Shown here: positions 37,105 to 47,995 of the stretch, one piece after another
How the letters are laid out: the number at the start of each line of letters is the position of its first letter
Position numbering within the stretch: the stretch's first letter is position 1
Sequence record: NC_070873.1
Reading direction: 5' to 3' (one strand)
DNA from: Escherichia phage St11Ph5
DNA length: 64,000 bases
Notes under the pieces: generated by a model
Databases searched by the model: none
The model's input: the letters and a program-made list of their open reading frames with translations, nothing else
What the model was told of the DNA's origin: nothing
Made by a program: the position numbers and the translations under genes

Positions 37105-40100
37105 TTAGTTAGTTAGGTTGAGCCATGGGTTCAGGGTATGGGCACGTAAGCCTTGTCCTAAACCGAAGGAGTAACCGAGATTACCCTGTGCAGCAATGCT
37201 AAAGATGTTGTCCTGAATAGGAAGACCGACGTTACCAAACATGGTAGGAGTTGGAGCCAGCATAGCCATAGCAGCATGTACTGGGTTATTACGAATCATG
37301 GACACTGCAACTTTTGCAGAACGAATCTTAAAGTTGTAGAACCACATTAAACCAACACTTTCCATATATCCACGGAAGCGTCCTGGTAAACGGTCATAGT
37401 TAATGAACTCTTCCGTTACACGTCCTAGTGCTTCTTCACGAGTCTTGCCTTTACGCTGGGTCAGTTCATCATAGATGATTGCTTTAGCGATAAAGTCAGA
37501 GTACTCAACTGTCTTCTGGATACCCTGGAAGAGGGCAGTATCCTTAGTGATAAGTGCATAACGCCCTGCGTTACGTACAGACTTAGGCAGCTTATCAGCC
37601 AGCTTATCCATGTATTCGTGAATCTTACCTTCAGTAATCAGGATGTCATCACGCCCAATACCAGCATCTGCAATTGAAGAGAACTCACCAGCTTCTAACA
37701 GAGGCCAGATACTCAAACGTTTATGGCTATCCGTGATGGACTGAATCTCAGCCTTAAGTTTACGAATCTGGTTCGGGTTGGTAGCTGCACGTAATTCTGC
37801 TTCTGCATCTACCTGGCGCAGACGAGATTTTAGGTACTGATTAATCTCAGCAGTTTTCTGTGGAATGCTCTTAGCAATGTTCTTAACAGGTACACCACGA
37901 GCAACCATCTGGTAAAGGTTAGCCAGGAAGTTAACAGCAGGTACAACTACTGACTTAACTACAATCAGAGTCTTAGCTTCTTTAACTAAGTTCTGAACCA
38001 GATTCTCACCACCCATTACATACTTATAAGCACGGTTGCCAAATACACCCAGCATAGCTTTCTTGAAGGTATCCAGTGTTTCTGGGGACCAACGAGAATT
38101 ACCAGACCAGGCATCACCAACAGAAGCTGCACGATAACCAAGAGCATCATTGAGCATGTCACGACGTACCCATAACTCACCCGGACCAAACAGACTTTCT
38201 GCTTTCTGACGAGTTTCACTGTTCATCAGCTTAAGTGCATCAGCAGTTACTGGGTCCAGTTTAGAACCAAGAAGGTTAACGTACTGGGACTTATTAGAGG
38301 CAGACATCTTAATATCGTTCTCATACATGCTATGCAGATTCTCAATAAGCATGTCGTTGAAACGCTGAGCCTTAGCCTCTTCCACCTGACGTCCACGCCA
38401 TACACCAATCGCACGAGCAAGATGGTTCTCACCTTCGATGTGCTTCAGCATATTAGGGTCAATGGATTGCTCGTAAGCAACCACATTACCATTGGCATCA
38501 TATACAGGCAGCAATGGTTCATTACCACGTTCACCGCGAGCCAGTGCTTTAGTAACACGGTCCACGGAAGGCTTGTCAGTGATACGACCAGCTACCATGG
38601 TTCCCATAGTAAAGCCTGTACCAAGGTCTACGCCACCAGCAGTATTGCGAACGTTCTGCAGGATACCCTGTGAGAATGGAGCCTGTGCCTGTACTGGTGC
38701 AAAGTAGTAGCTACGTGCTGGCCCACGATTAGCAGAGCTACCCTGATAAGTGCCCAGTCGTACATAGGATTTCTCAATCAAATCAGCAAACTGACTATCT
38801 TCAGCAACAATCAGGTTAACACCCTGTTTAGTCTCACCAGGGATATATCCTTTGTACTGGTTCAAGGTTGCACGACTATCAGACTTAGCTTTAGCCATTT
38901 CGTCTTTACGCTGACCAACCAGGTAAGAAGTAGCAAAGTCCATACCTTCAATTTCTGTCTGAGCCAGTGAAGATAACATCTCACGGTCAGTCTTATTCAT
39001 TGCTTCCAGTGCATACAGAGTAATCAGTTTATCCAGCTGAGCTACATCTACAACAGAACGTGTAGTCTTACGTTCGCCCAGCAATCGAGAAATTGCAGTA
39101 GCATTACGCAGCAGGTTATTACCAACAGTACCATTAATCATGTACTGAGCCAGTTGCTTAGATTTACGGTTAATCAAAGACCAGTTACGTCCGGCTTGTT
39201 TCTGCAAATCTGCTTCCAGTTTATTAACCTCACGGTCAACAATCTTCTGGTCAGTTAGCAAGTCACGGATTTCAGCCAAAGACATAGTGTCACGCAGAAC
39301 AGCTAAGTCAGTTTTACCCATACCGGTATGCATTGCTTTCCACTCCTCATTAGTCAGCTTACGGCTGAACTTAGATGCGATAGTGGTAGGTAAATGTTCA
39401 CGGAACTGTTGACGGTCAGCCTGTACCTGTGCACGTACTGCTTTAATCAAATCATACACAGAAGCATTGCTCTTAGTACGTCCGATTATGTCATTAACCA
39501 GGTCATGGAAAGGTTGCCATACTTTACCCTGGTTCATTGCAGCCATAACACCTTCAGCTACGATTGAACCATTCTTCTCTGTAGCAATAGCAGCTATCAG
39601 TTGTGCAGCATGAGCAGCACCTTTGACCAATGGGTTCTTGGTATTAGCCGCAACTTCACGAGCACCTTCCAAAGCACGGGTAGACAGCACATCAATAGAA
39701 TCCACCAGATACTGGTTAGCACGGTCGATAGCATTACCAGTAGGAGTAGCAACGGAATCATAGAAGGATTCTGCATTAAGACTGGTCTGCATGATTGTCT
39801 GAGCCAGTGCATCCATACCTTCCTGTACGTTAGTGGCTTTAGTATCACCTGCAACACGAGCATTCAGACTAGCCATTGCAGCAGTACCGATGTTAGTCAG
39901 CATTGCGTCAACAGTATTGCCAGATTTCTTATCTGCTTTCATAACAGGAATATCAGCCAGCACCTTACGTACTTCTTCACTTACCATTGCCAGACCAACA
40001 AAGGTAGGCAGTAAGGAAGAACGACCATGTGCATCAAACTCAATGTTGTTAGCACCCATGATGGTATCGAACTTCTGCTGTGCATAGTAACGGTCAGCAG

Positions 40101-43100
40101 GGTTAGTACTATCTGGGTCAGCCATGAATACTTCGACGGTCAGGTTCTTAGTAACATGTGTGTAGTATTCCTGTGCACGAGCCAGGGCAGCTGGGTTAAT
40201 AGCAGCCTCAGTAGCTAGTGCAGCAACAATGTTAGTGAAGAGACGCTGTTCCTGCATATTCATGGTGAAGCCATGGGCCTGAACATCACGGGTTACTTTG
40301 GTTGCATTCACTACTGCATCAGAGAACTTACCTTTGCGAATTACTTGCTGTACTGGTTCTGAACCAATGTAGTTAGTAATTAGCTTATCGAAGGTTTTCC
40401 CTAATTCTTCCAGACGGGTATTGTTACCATATGCTTTGTTATGGAACAGGGTAGTGTCTTTGGCTACAGTAGCAGTAGGAGCTTGTCCACGCATTACTAC
40501 AGCAGAGTTAAACAGTAAGCCAGAGAACATATCATCTGCATTAGCCGGAGCTTTCTTACGTCCGAATACCAGACGCTTGATTGCTTCATATACAGCCTGA
40601 ACCATCGTTTTAAGTGCAGTGGTTTTCTTCTGCTTATTAATAAGTTCACGGTTAGTTAATCCCCAAGCCATGTACTCATTCAGTGCAGCAGCTTTAGCCA
40701 TTGCTGGTTCAATGAAGCCATTAGACAAGTGACCATTAATGGTATTCAGTGCATCAGCATATGCTTCACGTACTGCCGGAGATTCATCATAAACATCCAG
40801 AGCACGGAACTGGTTCATCAGGTCTTCAATATTCTGGACAGCTTCATTAGGAGTACCTTCGTAGTGAGCCAGTACAGATTCAAAAGTAGAAGCATGTACC
40901 AATTCATGAACCAGAGTCTCTAATGAAGGAGTAACTAAGTAGATGGTCTTATCTTCAAAGTTAGTCCAGCCATATGCATTACCTGCTTCAGCAGCCTCAA
41001 TATCTTCTGGTGCTGGGCGAGTAATATTCTTCTCAATAGCATAGGCATCCAGTTGAGAAGGTGTACCATAAACAACCTTATAGTCTTTAGCAGCAAGGGA
41101 TTTCTGTATTTCTTTCAATACTTCTTGCTGTTCAGGAGACATCTCTTTAGCCAATTTAGTAATAGCAGTATTAGACAGCAGACGTACACCAGATTTCAGT
41201 ACACGACCAACTTGTTCCATTGCTGGTACTTCTTTCACTGGTTCTGCTTTAGCAGCACGTACTGCATCACGACGCTTGTTTAATTCAGCATCAAACAGTT
41301 CGTTCAGCTTAGCTACTTGCTGGTCTACAGTTAAACCTTCCAGAGAGATTTTACCGTTGTTCACATAAGGAGCACCAACAGCAGCCATCTGGTCAACAGT
41401 GACCTGTACCTGGTCCATTACCTTGTGACGAATATCTACACCCAGGGCAATGTTACGCAGATTACGCTCAATTAATGCAATACCAGAATCTTTAATCATA
41501 GAAATTTTATAATCTCTATCACCATCTACTCTGGTAATCTGAGCACGTTGATCAAAGTCTAAAGCAGACTTCGCAATAGCATCTATTGCTGCATCGGACA
41601 GCTTATTTAAATCAACATTCTTAGCAAACTTAGAGAAAGACTCATAAACATTCTTGATAGGGTTACCCTGCCAGGAAGTATATACAGCCTCGTTAGCTTT
41701 ACGGCTTGCATCAGTAATGTCATTGATACCAATGTTCATACCATCAAAGATTTTCAGGGTATTCTTTGGAGCACCTTTCATAGTAGAAAGAGTCTGCATC
41801 ATCATGCCATCACCAGTACCGATGGTCATAAATGGAATACCTGCTACACCTGCCTGCGAAGGAGCATAGATGCTCATTGGCACACGCATACGGTCATCTA
41901 AGTTAGTAGCCAGTACTTGGTTAGCAACATCAGTATTTTCACTACCTGCAATGTAGAAAGTCTGGGAACCAGTCTCAATCATTGGAGCCAGTGGTGCTAA
42001 GCTATTCTGAATTTCATTCAGTTCTTTCTGTGTTAAGAAATCACCTTTCTTCCATGTTGGGTCTTTTTCTTTTTCTGCCAGTTTAGCCTGTACTGCCTGT
42101 TGGAACATATCCTGCAATACCAGAGATTGAATCTGGGTAGCCTTCTGTAAGTTCTCCGTAGATTGCATCAACCCTTCACCAACAGTGAATCGGATACTTT
42201 GTCTCATAGGCTCAACAAAGAAGTGCAGCATATTCTCTTGTAAGTTCTTAAGAGCATCCCCGGATACGGTAAACTCCCGGGGATCTAACTTACCAGTCAG
42301 AACACCATCTACTTCTTTAATGAATAACTTACCTTTACGCTTAGCTGGAATATTTCCAGTCAATGCTTTCATAGAAGTAAGGAAGGTATCCAGCATAGCC
42401 TGAGCATCGGCTTCAGATGCAGCCTCCTTACCAAACATCGCCATAGCTGGGGAAATGTTAGGGTCAACAGCACGGGCTTTTAGAACGTCGCTTAAGCGTT
42501 CATAGATGGTATCAGTAATTGCACTTACCATCTTGCCAGCAATACCACGTGCGCCAGAACCATAGATGGTAATGGTTAGTGGGTTTTTAGCGATACCACG
42601 TTTCAAGTCCAGAGTACCGTCTTCCTTAAGATTGAAGTCTTTAATGAACAAATCCATTAGCTTCTGGAGATGGTCCATCTGGTTTATAACAGGAATATTT
42701 TTACTATAAGCATTGCGTAATTCATTTAGATAGAATTGCAGACTATTAGTAGATGCTTCATACAGGTCAACACTGTCTTCCTGAGTATGATGCTCATTCA
42801 TGGTCTTACCGGCTTTACCGAAGAACAAACCACCTTTGGCAGTATTCTTAATCCAGTTTGGAGTGAACTTACCACCGGTCATTAATACCATTGCGTTGAT
42901 TGGACCGTTGGTTACACCATCGGCTTCAACGTACAGTGGGGTATTAAAGTTGGCACGGTCATCACTGTTAAGATAACGGGCATATTCCATAAGAGCCATA
43001 AGAGCTACAAAGGATTTATCATTACCAAGAGATGTTCTCAGAATATCCACTGCATCAGTAGGTAAGTATCCAGACTTATCAAACTCAACCATCATATCTA

Positions 43101-46100
43101 CAGCAGGTTTCAGCTTACCTTCCAGAGCTTTGGTAAGTTCTTCTGACATAGTTTCACGAGTCATTTTATGAACTTTGATACCTAATGCCTGAGCCAGTCC
43201 AAGCTGGAAGCCTGAGAAGTCTTCATTGTTCTGATTCGATAAATCCAGAGTAGCTTTAGTAGGTAAGATAGCCTCACGAACCAACTTAGCTGATTGAGGA
43301 TTATATTTACCTAACATCTGCATACGACCAACACGGGTCATATTGTAAGCATAGTGAATAGGCACAGTGGAAATGTCTTCACTCTGTGCTCTCACCTGTT
43401 CAATAACAGAGAACAATTGGTTGTAAGAATCCTCTACTGAACGGTTTTTACCTTCCAGAGATTTAGCATGGTTCTTATTAAGTAAATCCTTATCCAGAGT
43501 ACCAGCACCCATCAATTCGAGGATACGGTCTTTACCTAAAGCCTCATAGAACTGAACCATTGGGGTATGCACAAAGAACTCTGTAGCCTGCTCTGCTTTA
43601 AGGGCAGCTTTCTGTTCCGGAGTATTACGGACAGCAGGGTTACGTAACTGAGTATGAGCCACGGGAGGAATGTCATCACCGAAATACAGTTTCTCTACTG
43701 GTTCTACGAGGACAGCTTCCTCGATAGCAGTAGGGAATTTGTTAATAGCGTCGGTATCATCCAGCTTCTCAATGGTATACAGACCAATAGTCTTATTGGA
43801 TTCTGGGTCAATTTCAGACACATCCAGCATGGACTCTTTAACTTCACCCATTTCAATAAGGGAAGATAGAATCTCTGTAGCCATTGCCATCGGGATACCT
43901 TTGGTATAACCCAGTGGTGCATCAGCATTACGATTAAGTCCCCAGTAAGATTCAATCTTTTGAGCCAGTGAGTTAGTAGCTTCTACTAAGGTTTGTGCAT
44001 TCTCAAATTCTGCGAGGATACCTTCTGGTAACAAGGAAGCATTTACACCAGTAATTGCAGCCACATCCTGCATGTCTTTAATAGCAGCATTCTGTGTAGC
44101 AGTAAGTCGCCATTGCAGACCAGCAAGTACAGCAGTCTCTAACAATTGGTCATTGAACTTAAAGGTGTCTCCGTCTTTCTCTACGATATTAAGTAACTTA
44201 CCACCTACCCAACGGTTAGCTTCAGTACCTTCTGCAAAACGTTTACCAACGTTCTTGTTAGCAAGGAATTTAGTCAGACGGTCAGACAAAGTAGTCTTCA
44301 GAGTTTCACCAAACTCAAATAAGTCCTGGTAACGCTTAATCACATCACTTGTGAGAGCGTTATTTTCTTTTTGAGTAAATGCTTCAAAACGAGCAGCAGA
44401 AGACAGTGCTTTATTAACATCAGTTAAAGGAGATTCAGAACCAATGGTACGGGACTTAGGTTCTTCTGGCAGACTAAATGCTTTAAGGAACTGGTTCGGT
44501 GTCTTTTCATTGTTATAGACAGGGAACACTGCTTCCATTCCCGATAGAGGTTTACCACCAACAGTATAGTCTGCTTTCAGTTGAGCCAGTGATACTTCTT
44601 CTTTCTCAACGTTATTGGTATTAAGCCCAGATGTATCTACACCAATCTGAATCAGTGCATTGTTTGCTTCTACGAATGATTGAACAGTATTGAATTGTTC
44701 AGCAGTTAGCTTCTGATTATCAAACAATTGCAGAGATACGAACGGTTGCTCACTACCTTTATAGAAAGTAGAACGTACAGCACCAGTATCCAGAGACATG
44801 TCACGATAACCATCATGACCAAATACGTCAGACAGACTGATATGGTCGCCATTGGAACCAACAACAGTACCATCAGCGAATAGCCATGGACTATCTCTAC
44901 GGTCACCATACTTATTAAGAGTATCTTGTGAAATAGTATTCTCTTTCACATAAGAATCTCTTTCAGATTCAGTAGGCTGTTCAACGATATCCTGTTTTTC
45001 AGACTGGTTCTCAGGTTCTTTTACGGTTTGTGGTTTAGACTCTTTAATAGTAGGTTCTGTTTTAACAGCTTCACTAACAGAGGGTTTAGTCTGTACAGTA
45101 GGGGTAACTGGTTCCTGTTTTGTAACAGGAGCTTCATCAACCTGATTCACTGGTTCATTAGTCTGTTGGGATTGAGCAGCATCAAGATTGCCCTGACGGA
45201 ACTCTTTAACTACCTGGGCAGCAGGCTTGTTCAGACGTGAATCCAATGGGGTAACTTTCACATGAGAAACATTAAGCTCCGGGTAAGCCGTAGCAAGTGC
45301 GTTAGCAATATCAGCTACGGTCTTGGCTTCCAGTCCTACTTGCTGGGCAAACTTAACAGACTTGGTATCATACGGATTGACACCGAGGCCAGTACGACTA
45401 CGTACCCATTCACGCGAGGGAGTAAGAGCCTGATAATGGACAGACTTATTCTTATCCGCATTCCCAGAAATCAGATGCTCATTCAACGCTCCGACCTTAT
45501 TCTGCATGTGCTGGGCGAACTTCATAAAGTCGTCGAGATAAGCGGAAGCCAAATCGAAGTTACCAGAGTTGTACGCAGAACGAATGCGTTTAGCATGTTG
45601 CAACGCAGAGTACTGGCCTTCATTAGAACGAGACTCGTCGGTTTTAATCTGTTTACTAACAATGTCTTGAGGACGTAAGCCTAGTTCTTCTGCTTTAGCA
45701 TCAAATTCTCGTGCTCCTTGTAATAGAGCAGCAGCAGATTGCAGGGCAGCACGCTGACGATTCCCCAGTGTAATCTTACCTTCACTTGCATGTTTCAGAA
45801 CCATGTTCACTGAATCTGCATCCAGCACTTCTGGAGACATATCAGCAGCCATAGCAATGTTGTTTGCCTGAGCTTGGTTAGCTTCTTCAGTAGCTTTCAG
45901 TTTACCTGCTTCAGCCTGTTCCTGAATCATAGAATGGATGGCACGGAATGCACGGAGTACCTTCGGTGTATTCTGAACATTAGCCATCAGGCCAGAGAAT
46001 TGGTCAACAATATTAGCAGCAGGAGAACCCTGTTCCAGATTAGCCAGAGCACCAGGGTCACGGTTAATGAAGCTATCCATAGACATGATGTTGTCATACA

Positions 46101-47910
46101 TCTGGATTGCAGCTTCCATTTGAACGTTAGGGTCTTCGGCAGTATTAACCAGGTCAGCCATCTTCTGAATAGCTTCAACACGGTTAGTGGAACCAGAAAC
46201 AGCTTCACGGATTGCCGGGCTAGCTTGTTCCAGTTCTACTGGGTCAAACTTCATTGCCTGAGTTAAGTCAGCAGCATACTGAGTAGCAGCAGCTTTCTCT
46301 TCAGGAGAAATATCCATTGCATCTACTGCTTCCTGAACAGTTGCTTGAGCCTGTTCTGCCTGAGCAGTAGCTTCTTGTGCAGCAGCATTAACTGTAGCGT
46401 CTGATACAGGGGATGCTTGTTCATTTCGCTTAGCAACTTCTTCGCCACGCTGAACCAGGATGTTAGTAATAGGAGAAGCAGCTTTTGCTAATGCATTACC
46501 AGCCAGAGAAGCAGCAGCCATGGTAGTACGTACAGCAGGACCAACGGCAGCACCAGCAGCTTTAACAGTTGCACCAGGAGCTTGAGCAACTCCAGCAGAA
46601 CCGAAGCCATACAATGCACCAAGCCCGGTTTGTTCACCAACACCTTTAAGCAAATCACGCTTAGCATCTACATTACCTTGAATTGCCTTGTTCTGTGCAA
46701 GCTGACTTGTACCAGACTGGATACCTTCTTCTACAGTCTCACGCAGCATGTTAGAACCAGCACCAGCCAGTGAACCTACCTTAAGTGGATTAAGTTCAAA
46801 CTTGGATACCAGTGGACCAGTAAGAGCAGCAACCGGAGCAGTTAAGCCAGCAGCAGTAATACCTGTTTCAGATGCAGTTTGACGACGTGCTTCTTCAGGA
46901 GATAAACCATCTTTAATATGCTGTTGGTATACAGGGGATTTAGCAGCCAGTTCACTAAACGGCATTTCCATAATTTCATTAGCAGTTTGTTGGTATGCAC
47001 CACCAGCTTCCATACCACCAATTGCTATAGCAGGTGCAGCAACACGACCAGTAGCCAATGCAACCTGTGCAGGACGTGAACCTAATTCAGCAGCTAAGGT
47101 AATACCCTTAACAGCTTTATCCCCACCTACCATTACTTTACCGAGTGCGGATACACCACGAATCAATGGACCACCGGTAAAGAGAGAACCAACACCCTCA
47201 GCCAGACCATCAGTAGCAGCCATGCCATTGGACAAAGTGTTAACAACAGAATCGTAAGCATCACGTCCAATGCGAGACAGGGAAGCAACGAGTTCGCTTT
47301 CTCCTTTAGCAATATCCTGCTTATAGAGTTTCTCATTCTCCTGTGCAGATATTACGTTCTGGTTCTGTACTACATTACGACGAGCATTCAATGCATCAGA
47401 CTGTAGGTTATGTACACCTTTATTCAACCAGTCAAGACCGGAAGCAATGGATGCCCCGGCATTATCATTGACCAAGCCTGTGCCAAGAGCAGCAATGCCC
47501 CCAAGGGTATTAGCAACACCAAGACCAACACCAGAAAGGGTATCACCAAGTGCTTCACCATATGTACGACTCTTAGTTAAATCACGACGAACAGCATTAG
47601 CTGCATTGACACGAGCATTGAGAATGTCCATTCCTTGCTCATTGCCGTACTTGTTTATGATTTCAAGAGGAGAGGCGTTAGTAAAATCTGCCTGAATAGA
47701 ACCTGGGTCAAATGCACCAGCACCTAAGTTACCAGTACGACCTGCCTGCAATTGGTAGGCATTCTGAGGAGTTAATTGGAAAGGGTTTTGCCCTTGTTCA
47801 GCTTGTTTCCGAGAGGTTGCAGTAGAGACATCGACTTGCTTAGCAGTAGTGATGCTGTCTGCGAAACCTGCCAGACGGTCAAATGTTGACATAGCATGAT
47901 TCCTGTTCAA
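37105..47910 (-). CDS. giant virion-encapsidated RNA polymerase (N4 gp50-like vRNAP), 3601 aa
   Basis: Single uninterrupted 10.8-kb ORF; size and position (first gene of the minus-strand late block, convergent with the replication block) are hallmarks of N4-like phages. Confidence 0.8.
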   Translation of the reverse strand: MNRNHAMSTFDRLAGFADSITTAKQVDVSTATSRKQAEQGQNPFQLTPQNAYQLQAGRTGNLGAGAFDPGSIQADFTNASPLEIINKYGNEQGMDILNARVNAANAVRRDLTKSRTYGEALGDTLSGVGLGVANTLGGIAALGTGLVNDNAGASIASGLDWLNKGVHNLQSDALNARRNVVQNQNVISAQENEKLYKQDIAKGESELVASLSRIGRDAYDSVVNTLSNGMAATDGLAEGVGSLFTGGPLIRGVSALGKVMVGGDKAVKGITLAAELGSRPAQVALATGRVAAPAIAIGGMEAGGAYQQTANEIMEMPFSELAAKSPVYQQHIKDGLSPEEARRQTASETGITAAGLTAPVAALTGPLVSKFELNPLKVGSLAGAGSNMLRETVEEGIQSGTSQLAQNKAIQGNVDAKRDLLKGVGEQTGLGALYGFGSAGVAQAPGATVKAAGAAVGPAVRTTMAAASLAGNALAKAASPITNILVQRGEEVAKRNEQASPVSDATVNAAAQEATAQAEQAQATVQEAVDAMDISPEEKAAATQYAADLTQAMKFDPVELEQASPAIREAVSGSTNRVEAIQKMADLVNTAEDPNVQMEAAIQMYDNIMSMDSFINRDPGALANLEQGSPAANIVDQFSGLMANVQNTPKVLRAFRAIHSMIQEQAEAGKLKATEEANQAQANNIAMAADMSPEVLDADSVNMVLKHASEGKITLGNRQRAALQSAAALLQGAREFDAKAEELGLRPQDIVSKQIKTDESRSNEGQYSALQHAKRIRSAYNSGNFDLASAYLDDFMKFAQHMQNKVGALNEHLISGNADKNKSVHYQALTPSREWVRSRTGLGVNPYDTKSVKFAQQVGLEAKTVADIANALATAYPELNVSHVKVTPLDSRLNKPAAQVVKEFRQGNLDAAQSQQTNEPVNQVDEAPVTKQEPVTPTVQTKPSVSEAVKTEPTIKESKPQTVKEPENQSEKQDIVEQPTESERDSYVKENTISQDTLNKYGDRRDSPWLFADGTVVGSNGDHISLSDVFGHDGYRDMSLDTGAVRSTFYKGSEQPFVSLQLFDNQKLTAEQFNTVQSFVEANNALIQIGVDTSGLNTNNVEKEEVSLAQLKADYTVGGKPLSGMEAVFPVYNNEKTPNQFLKAFSLPEEPKSRTIGSESPLTDVNKALSSAARFEAFTQKENNALTSDVIKRYQDLFEFGETLKTTLSDRLTKFLANKNVGKRFAEGTEANRWVGGKLLNIVEKDGDTFKFNDQLLETAVLAGLQWRLTATQNAAIKDMQDVAAITGVNASLLPEGILAEFENAQTLVEATNSLAQKIESYWGLNRNADAPLGYTKGIPMAMATEILSSLIEMGEVKESMLDVSEIDPESNKTIGLYTIEKLDDTDAINKFPTAIEEAVLVEPVEKLYFGDDIPPVAHTQLRNPAVRNTPEQKAALKAEQATEFFVHTPMVQFYEALGKDRILELMGAGTLDKDLLNKNHAKSLEGKNRSVEDSYNQLFSVIEQVRAQSEDISTVPIHYAYNMTRVGRMQMLGKYNPQSAKLVREAILPTKATLDLSNQNNEDFSGFQLGLAQALGIKVHKMTRETMSEELTKALEGKLKPAVDMMVEFDKSGYLPTDAVDILRTSLGNDKSFVALMALMEYARYLNSDDRANFNTPLYVEADGVTNGPINAMVLMTGGKFTPNWIKNTAKGGLFFGKAGKTMNEHHTQEDSVDLYEASTNSLQFYLNELRNAYSKNIPVINQMDHLQKLMDLFIKDFNLKEDGTLDLKRGIAKNPLTITIYGSGARGIAGKMVSAITDTIYERLSDVLKARAVDPNISPAMAMFGKEAASEADAQAMLDTFLTSMKALTGNIPAKRKGKLFIKEVDGVLTGKLDPREFTVSGDALKNLQENMLHFFVEPMRQSIRFTVGEGLMQSTENLQKATQIQSLVLQDMFQQAVQAKLAEKEKDPTWKKGDFLTQKELNEIQNSLAPLAPMIETGSQTFYIAGSENTDVANQVLATNLDDRMRVPMSIYAPSQAGVAGIPFMTIGTGDGMMMQTLSTMKGAPKNTLKIFDGMNIGINDITDASRKANEAVYTSWQGNPIKNVYESFSKFAKNVDLNKLSDAAIDAIAKSALDFDQRAQITRVDGDRDYKISMIKDSGIALIERNLRNIALGVDIRHKVMDQVQVTVDQMAAVGAPYVNNGKISLEGLTVDQQVAKLNELFDAELNKRRDAVRAAKAEPVKEVPAMEQVGRVLKSGVRLLSNTAITKLAKEMSPEQQEVLKEIQKSLAAKDYKVVYGTPSQLDAYAIEKNITRPAPEDIEAAEAGNAYGWTNFEDKTIYLVTPSLETLVHELVHASTFESVLAHYEGTPNEAVQNIEDLMNQFRALDVYDESPAVREAYADALNTINGHLSNGFIEPAMAKAAALNEYMAWGLTNRELINKQKKTTALKTMVQAVYEAIKRLVFGRKKAPANADDMFSGLLFNSAVVMRGQAPTATVAKDTTLFHNKAYGNNTRLEELGKTFDKLITNYIGSEPVQQVIRKGKFSDAVVNATKVTRDVQAHGFTMNMQEQRLFTNIVAALATEAAINPAALARAQEYYTHVTKNLTVEVFMADPDSTNPADRYYAQQKFDTIMGANNIEFDAHGRSSLLPTFVGLAMVSEEVRKVLADIPVMKADKKSGNTVDAMLTNIGTAAMASLNARVAGDTKATNVQEGMDALAQTIMQTSLNAESFYDSVATPTGNAIDRANQYLVDSIDVLSTRALEGAREVAANTKNPLVKGAAHAAQLIAAIATEKNGSIVAEGVMAAMNQGKVWQPFHDLVNDIIGRTKSNASVYDLIKAVRAQVQADRQQFREHLPTTIASKFSRKLTNEEWKAMHTGMGKTDLAVLRDTMSLAEIRDLLTDQKIVDREVNKLEADLQKQAGRNWSLINRKSKQLAQYMINGTVGNNLLRNATAISRLLGERKTTRSVVDVAQLDKLITLYALEAMNKTDREMLSSLAQTEIEGMDFATSYLVGQRKDEMAKAKSDSRATLNQYKGYIPGETKQGVNLIVAEDSQFADLIEKSYVRLGTYQGSSANRGPARSYYFAPVQAQAPFSQGILQNVRNTAGGVDLGTGFTMGTMVAGRITDKPSVDRVTKALARGERGNEPLLPVYDANGNVVAYEQSIDPNMLKHIEGENHLARAIGVWRGRQVEEAKAQRFNDMLIENLHSMYENDIKMSASNKSQYVNLLGSKLDPVTADALKLMNSETRQKAESLFGPGELWVRRDMLNDALGYRAASVGDAWSGNSRWSPETLDTFKKAMLGVFGNRAYKYVMGGENLVQNLVKEAKTLIVVKSVVVPAVNFLANLYQMVARGVPVKNIAKSIPQKTAEINQYLKSRLRQVDAEAELRAATNPNQIRKLKAEIQSITDSHKRLSIWPLLEAGEFSSIADAGIGRDDILITEGKIHEYMDKLADKLPKSVRNAGRYALITKDTALFQGIQKTVEYSDFIAKAIIYDELTQRKGKTREEALGRVTEEFINYDRLPGRFRGYMESVGLMWFYNFKIRSAKVAVSMIRNNPVHAAMAMLAPTPTMFGNVGLPIQDNIFSIAAQGNLGYSFGLGQGLRAHTLNPWLNLTN

Positions 47911-47959
47911 ACTTATATCGTATAAGAAGTTTCACTGTACAGTAAGTGAATGTAAGAGA

Positions 47960-47979
47960 AAAGCCCCGGATGGGGCTTT
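47960..47979 (-). other. stem-loop in the intergenic region upstream of the vRNAP gene
   Basis: AAAGCCCC-GGAT-GGGGCTTT; weak U-run on the minus strand. Confidence 0.35.
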
Positions 47980-47995
47980 ATTAGTATGTAAGATT

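Noticed and set aside
37105-47910. Numerous plus-strand ORFs of 60-140 aa lying antisense inside the giant vRNAP gene (e.g. 38332..38673, 39601..40014, 45262..45678, 45874..46266)
   Set aside because: All are embedded antisense in a single long, uninterrupted minus-strand ORF and have no RBS or module context; they are expected by-products of a long gene.
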